In this document: positions 61,590-64,000 of the stretch, in pieces
Numbering within the stretch: the first letter of the stretch is position 1
How the letters are laid out: each line of letters opens with the position of its first letter
From: Podarcis gaigeae
Lineage: Eukaryota
NCBI GenBank assembly: GCA_964106915.2
Contig: OZ066919.1
Reading direction: 5' to 3' (one strand)
Length of the DNA: 64,000 nucleotides
The notes under the pieces: model-generated
The model's database searches: none
What the model saw: only the letters and a program-made list of their open reading frames with translations
What the model was told of the DNA's origin: nothing
Program-made: the position numbers and the translations under genes

Positions 61590-61699
61590 ATAATAATAAG
61601 AGCCACTCTTTATTAAGGACCTAATCAGTCTCTGAAAGGTTAATTGGTTAAAAAATACAGCAGCCAAATTACTGGGATTCCATTTAGAACTCATGTTTC

Positions 61700-62090
61700 C
61701 CTAATCCAGGGTGCTCATGCTAGTGTTTAAAGCCCTAAACCACAAATCCCAGTGTCTAAAACACCTTATTTCCTACAGATCCTCTTGGGTGTTAAGATCA
61801 GGAGAGCGGGCCTTCTTGATAGTTCTGCCACCCTGGGTGGTGATGGCCTGGGAGAGGGCACTATGCGGCAGCTGCTAAGTTATATAATTCCTTCTCCACA
61901 GAGATGCATTCAGCACCTTTTAAAAACGTAGTTTCTGGTGCATAATGAAGACACACCTCTTTACCCTGGCCTTTGACACCTGAGATATATATTTTTGGTT
62001 CCCACCCTATTATTTTGATTGTATTTGTTTTAAATTGATATTAATATTGTGCATTACATTGCTGTAACGTGACATGTGACTTTGTGGGAT
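61700..62090 (+). mobile_element. Degraded L2-type LINE 3' fragment
   Basis: gtgtttaaagccctaaac ... gagagggcac ... gaagacacacctctttaccctggcctttgac follows the L2 C-terminal pattern. Confidence 0.55.
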
Positions 62091-62761
62091 GGATGATAAA
62101 CAAATTAATAATGCACGTTCACCTGGGAGTAAGTACCATTGGACTTAATGGGACTTGGCTGTGGGTAGGCATAGGACTGTACTGCAAGGGTTGTGCTTTG
62201 TAGATAAGTGACATGATCCATGGAGGAATCTCATAGGCATCATGAACATACGCAGAGAAGTTCGACTGACTCCCTCCTTGCTGTCCTTCGGCCAGCAGGT
62301 GAAGCCGTTCTTATTCCAACAGGCCTTTTAGTACTGATTTTTAAGGAAAGGGCTGGTGCTGTGAATTAAATAGTTTCCCCCTCCCCTAAGTTTTTAGCTG
62401 TTTCTATTTTATCTGTAAGCAGCCTTGAGTATCTGTCTGGGAGAAAGTTAAGGATGATGATAAGAACATCTTCATCATCATCATCATCAAGTGACAATCA
62501 CCAGTTTTACTACATAAAAACATATATTGGTTTCTTAGTAATATTGAGAAGAAAATACAGTTTTTGACTTAGTTACAGTCTGATAGTTACTTTAATGTGC
62601 TGTTTTCTGCTAATTATTATTACATTCATTAATAAAGTAGAGTATGCATAGTGTTCTGTAACATTTTTCACATTGTTTGTTACAAATCTTAGCAATGACT
62701 GATTTCAAGCTTAATTTTTTTAAAAAAAAAATCTTACATGAAATCTTGTTTTGTCTTACAG

Positions 62762-64000
62762 GGCTTGAATCAGCACGTCCAAACTTAATTCTTGGATTAG
62801 TAATTTGTCAGAAAACTAAGCGACCTGCAGCTGTACTGGAAACTGAAAAGATGGAAGAAAAGAAAAGCAGGATTCAGTTGCAGGAAGAAACTGAAGTATC
62901 TGCGTACCCTAAAGGCAATATGGCTTCTCAGCAAGAGAAAAAACCTGCAAAATTCTCTCTCTATACTGGAGAAACAATTGTCAGTACAACACCACCTGGA
63001 TCTCCTCCACCTCCACCCCCAGAGCCAACGTCTGCATTAAAAATATTGTCATCAATTAAATCTGGAAGCTCAGCCACTGTTGCACAATCAAGTGCTTCTG
63101 TGTTGGGAATTAACACAGCTACTGCATCTTCTACTGCTTCCTCATCTTCAAAATCAGCCACACCACTTGATCACATCCTGCAAACTCTTTTTGGGAAAAA
63201 GAAATCTTTTGATCCTGTTTCCAAGGATTCTGAAGGTGCTCAGACTGAAATGCAGACTGTTGGTGAGGAAGGATTACCAGCAGCTCCCATACTTGATCCC
63301 ATTGTGCAGCAATTTGGACAAATGTCAAAAGACAAAGCTATAGAAGAGGAGGAAGATGACAGGCCTTATGATCCTGAGGAAGAGTATGCTCCACAGAAAG
63401 CTTTTGAAATGCAAAGTTGTGAAAGTGGTCTTGAAAAAAGATGTGAAACTTCAGAGCAAGAAGATGAAGCCTATGATCCAGAAGATGAAACTATCTTAGA
63501 AGAGGCAAAGGTTACTGTTGATGATTTGCCTAATAAAATGTTTTCGGAATCTAAAAGCCACTCCTTGGCAGCAGCATCTTCATTTGTGCCCGATGTATCT
63601 GCTCCACCATCTTTGGTAGAGCAACAGAAAATGTTAGAAGAATTAAACAAACAAATAGAAGAACAGAAAAGACAGCTGGAAGAACAAGAAGAAGCCCTCA
63701 GGCAACAACGAGCAGCTGTTGGTGTATCAATGGCTCATTTTTCAGTTTCTGATGCTTTGATGTCACCACCTCCAAAATCATCTCTAGCAAAAAATGAGCT
63801 ATTCCAACATGAAAAACAAACTACTGAAAAATCTGAATTGCCTACATCCACAAGTCAAACTCAATTGTTAAATCAAGGAAGTGATCCTAGACAAAGTAGA
63901 GATCCCAGACAAGCTAGAAGGATTCTAACAGAGTGTAATGAAAGTGCTGACTCTAATGTAAAGCAGCATGTTATAGAATCGCCTACAGTACAAATTCCTC
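62762..64000 (+). CDS. DIDO1: DIDO1 large terminal coding exon (Dido3-type), runs off the window end
   Basis: ttgtcttacag|GG CTT GAA; GLESARPNLILGLVICQK, TPLDHILQTLFGKKKSFDP, LDPIVQQFGQ, DDRPYDPEEEY, EQQKMLEELNKQIEEQKRQLEEQEEALRQQRAAVGVSMAHFSVSDALMSPP; frame open to 64000. Confidence 0.98.

Overview
This window is vertebrate genomic DNA; the repeat content (L2/CR1 LINE fragments, Tc1/mariner and hAT MITEs) points to a squamate, probably a lacertid-type lizard. It holds most of DIDO1 (death-inducer obliterator 1) on the + strand: a CpG-island bidirectional promoter at about 0.6-1.6 kb (divergent partner probably GID8, by synteny), a non-coding exon 1, and 17 coding exons from 15056 to the window end. 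These splice in frame into about 1773 codons covering the PHD, TFIIS-M and SPOC domains and the start of the large terminal exon. The mammalian start codon (MDDK) is LDDK here, and three upstream exons add 156 residues. Main finding: the two large internal introns each appear to contain a decayed multi-exon gene on the minus strand. One is a CCDC162/C6orf183 (DUF4549)-like relic (about 29-44 kb) and the other an RGSL1/RGS22-like relic (about 55.3-59.8 kb). These are the same two introns whose read-through gives the short Dido1 and Dido2 isoforms in mammals. The family assignments rest on collinear motif matches to protein sequences recalled from memory and need tblastn/HMM confirmation.
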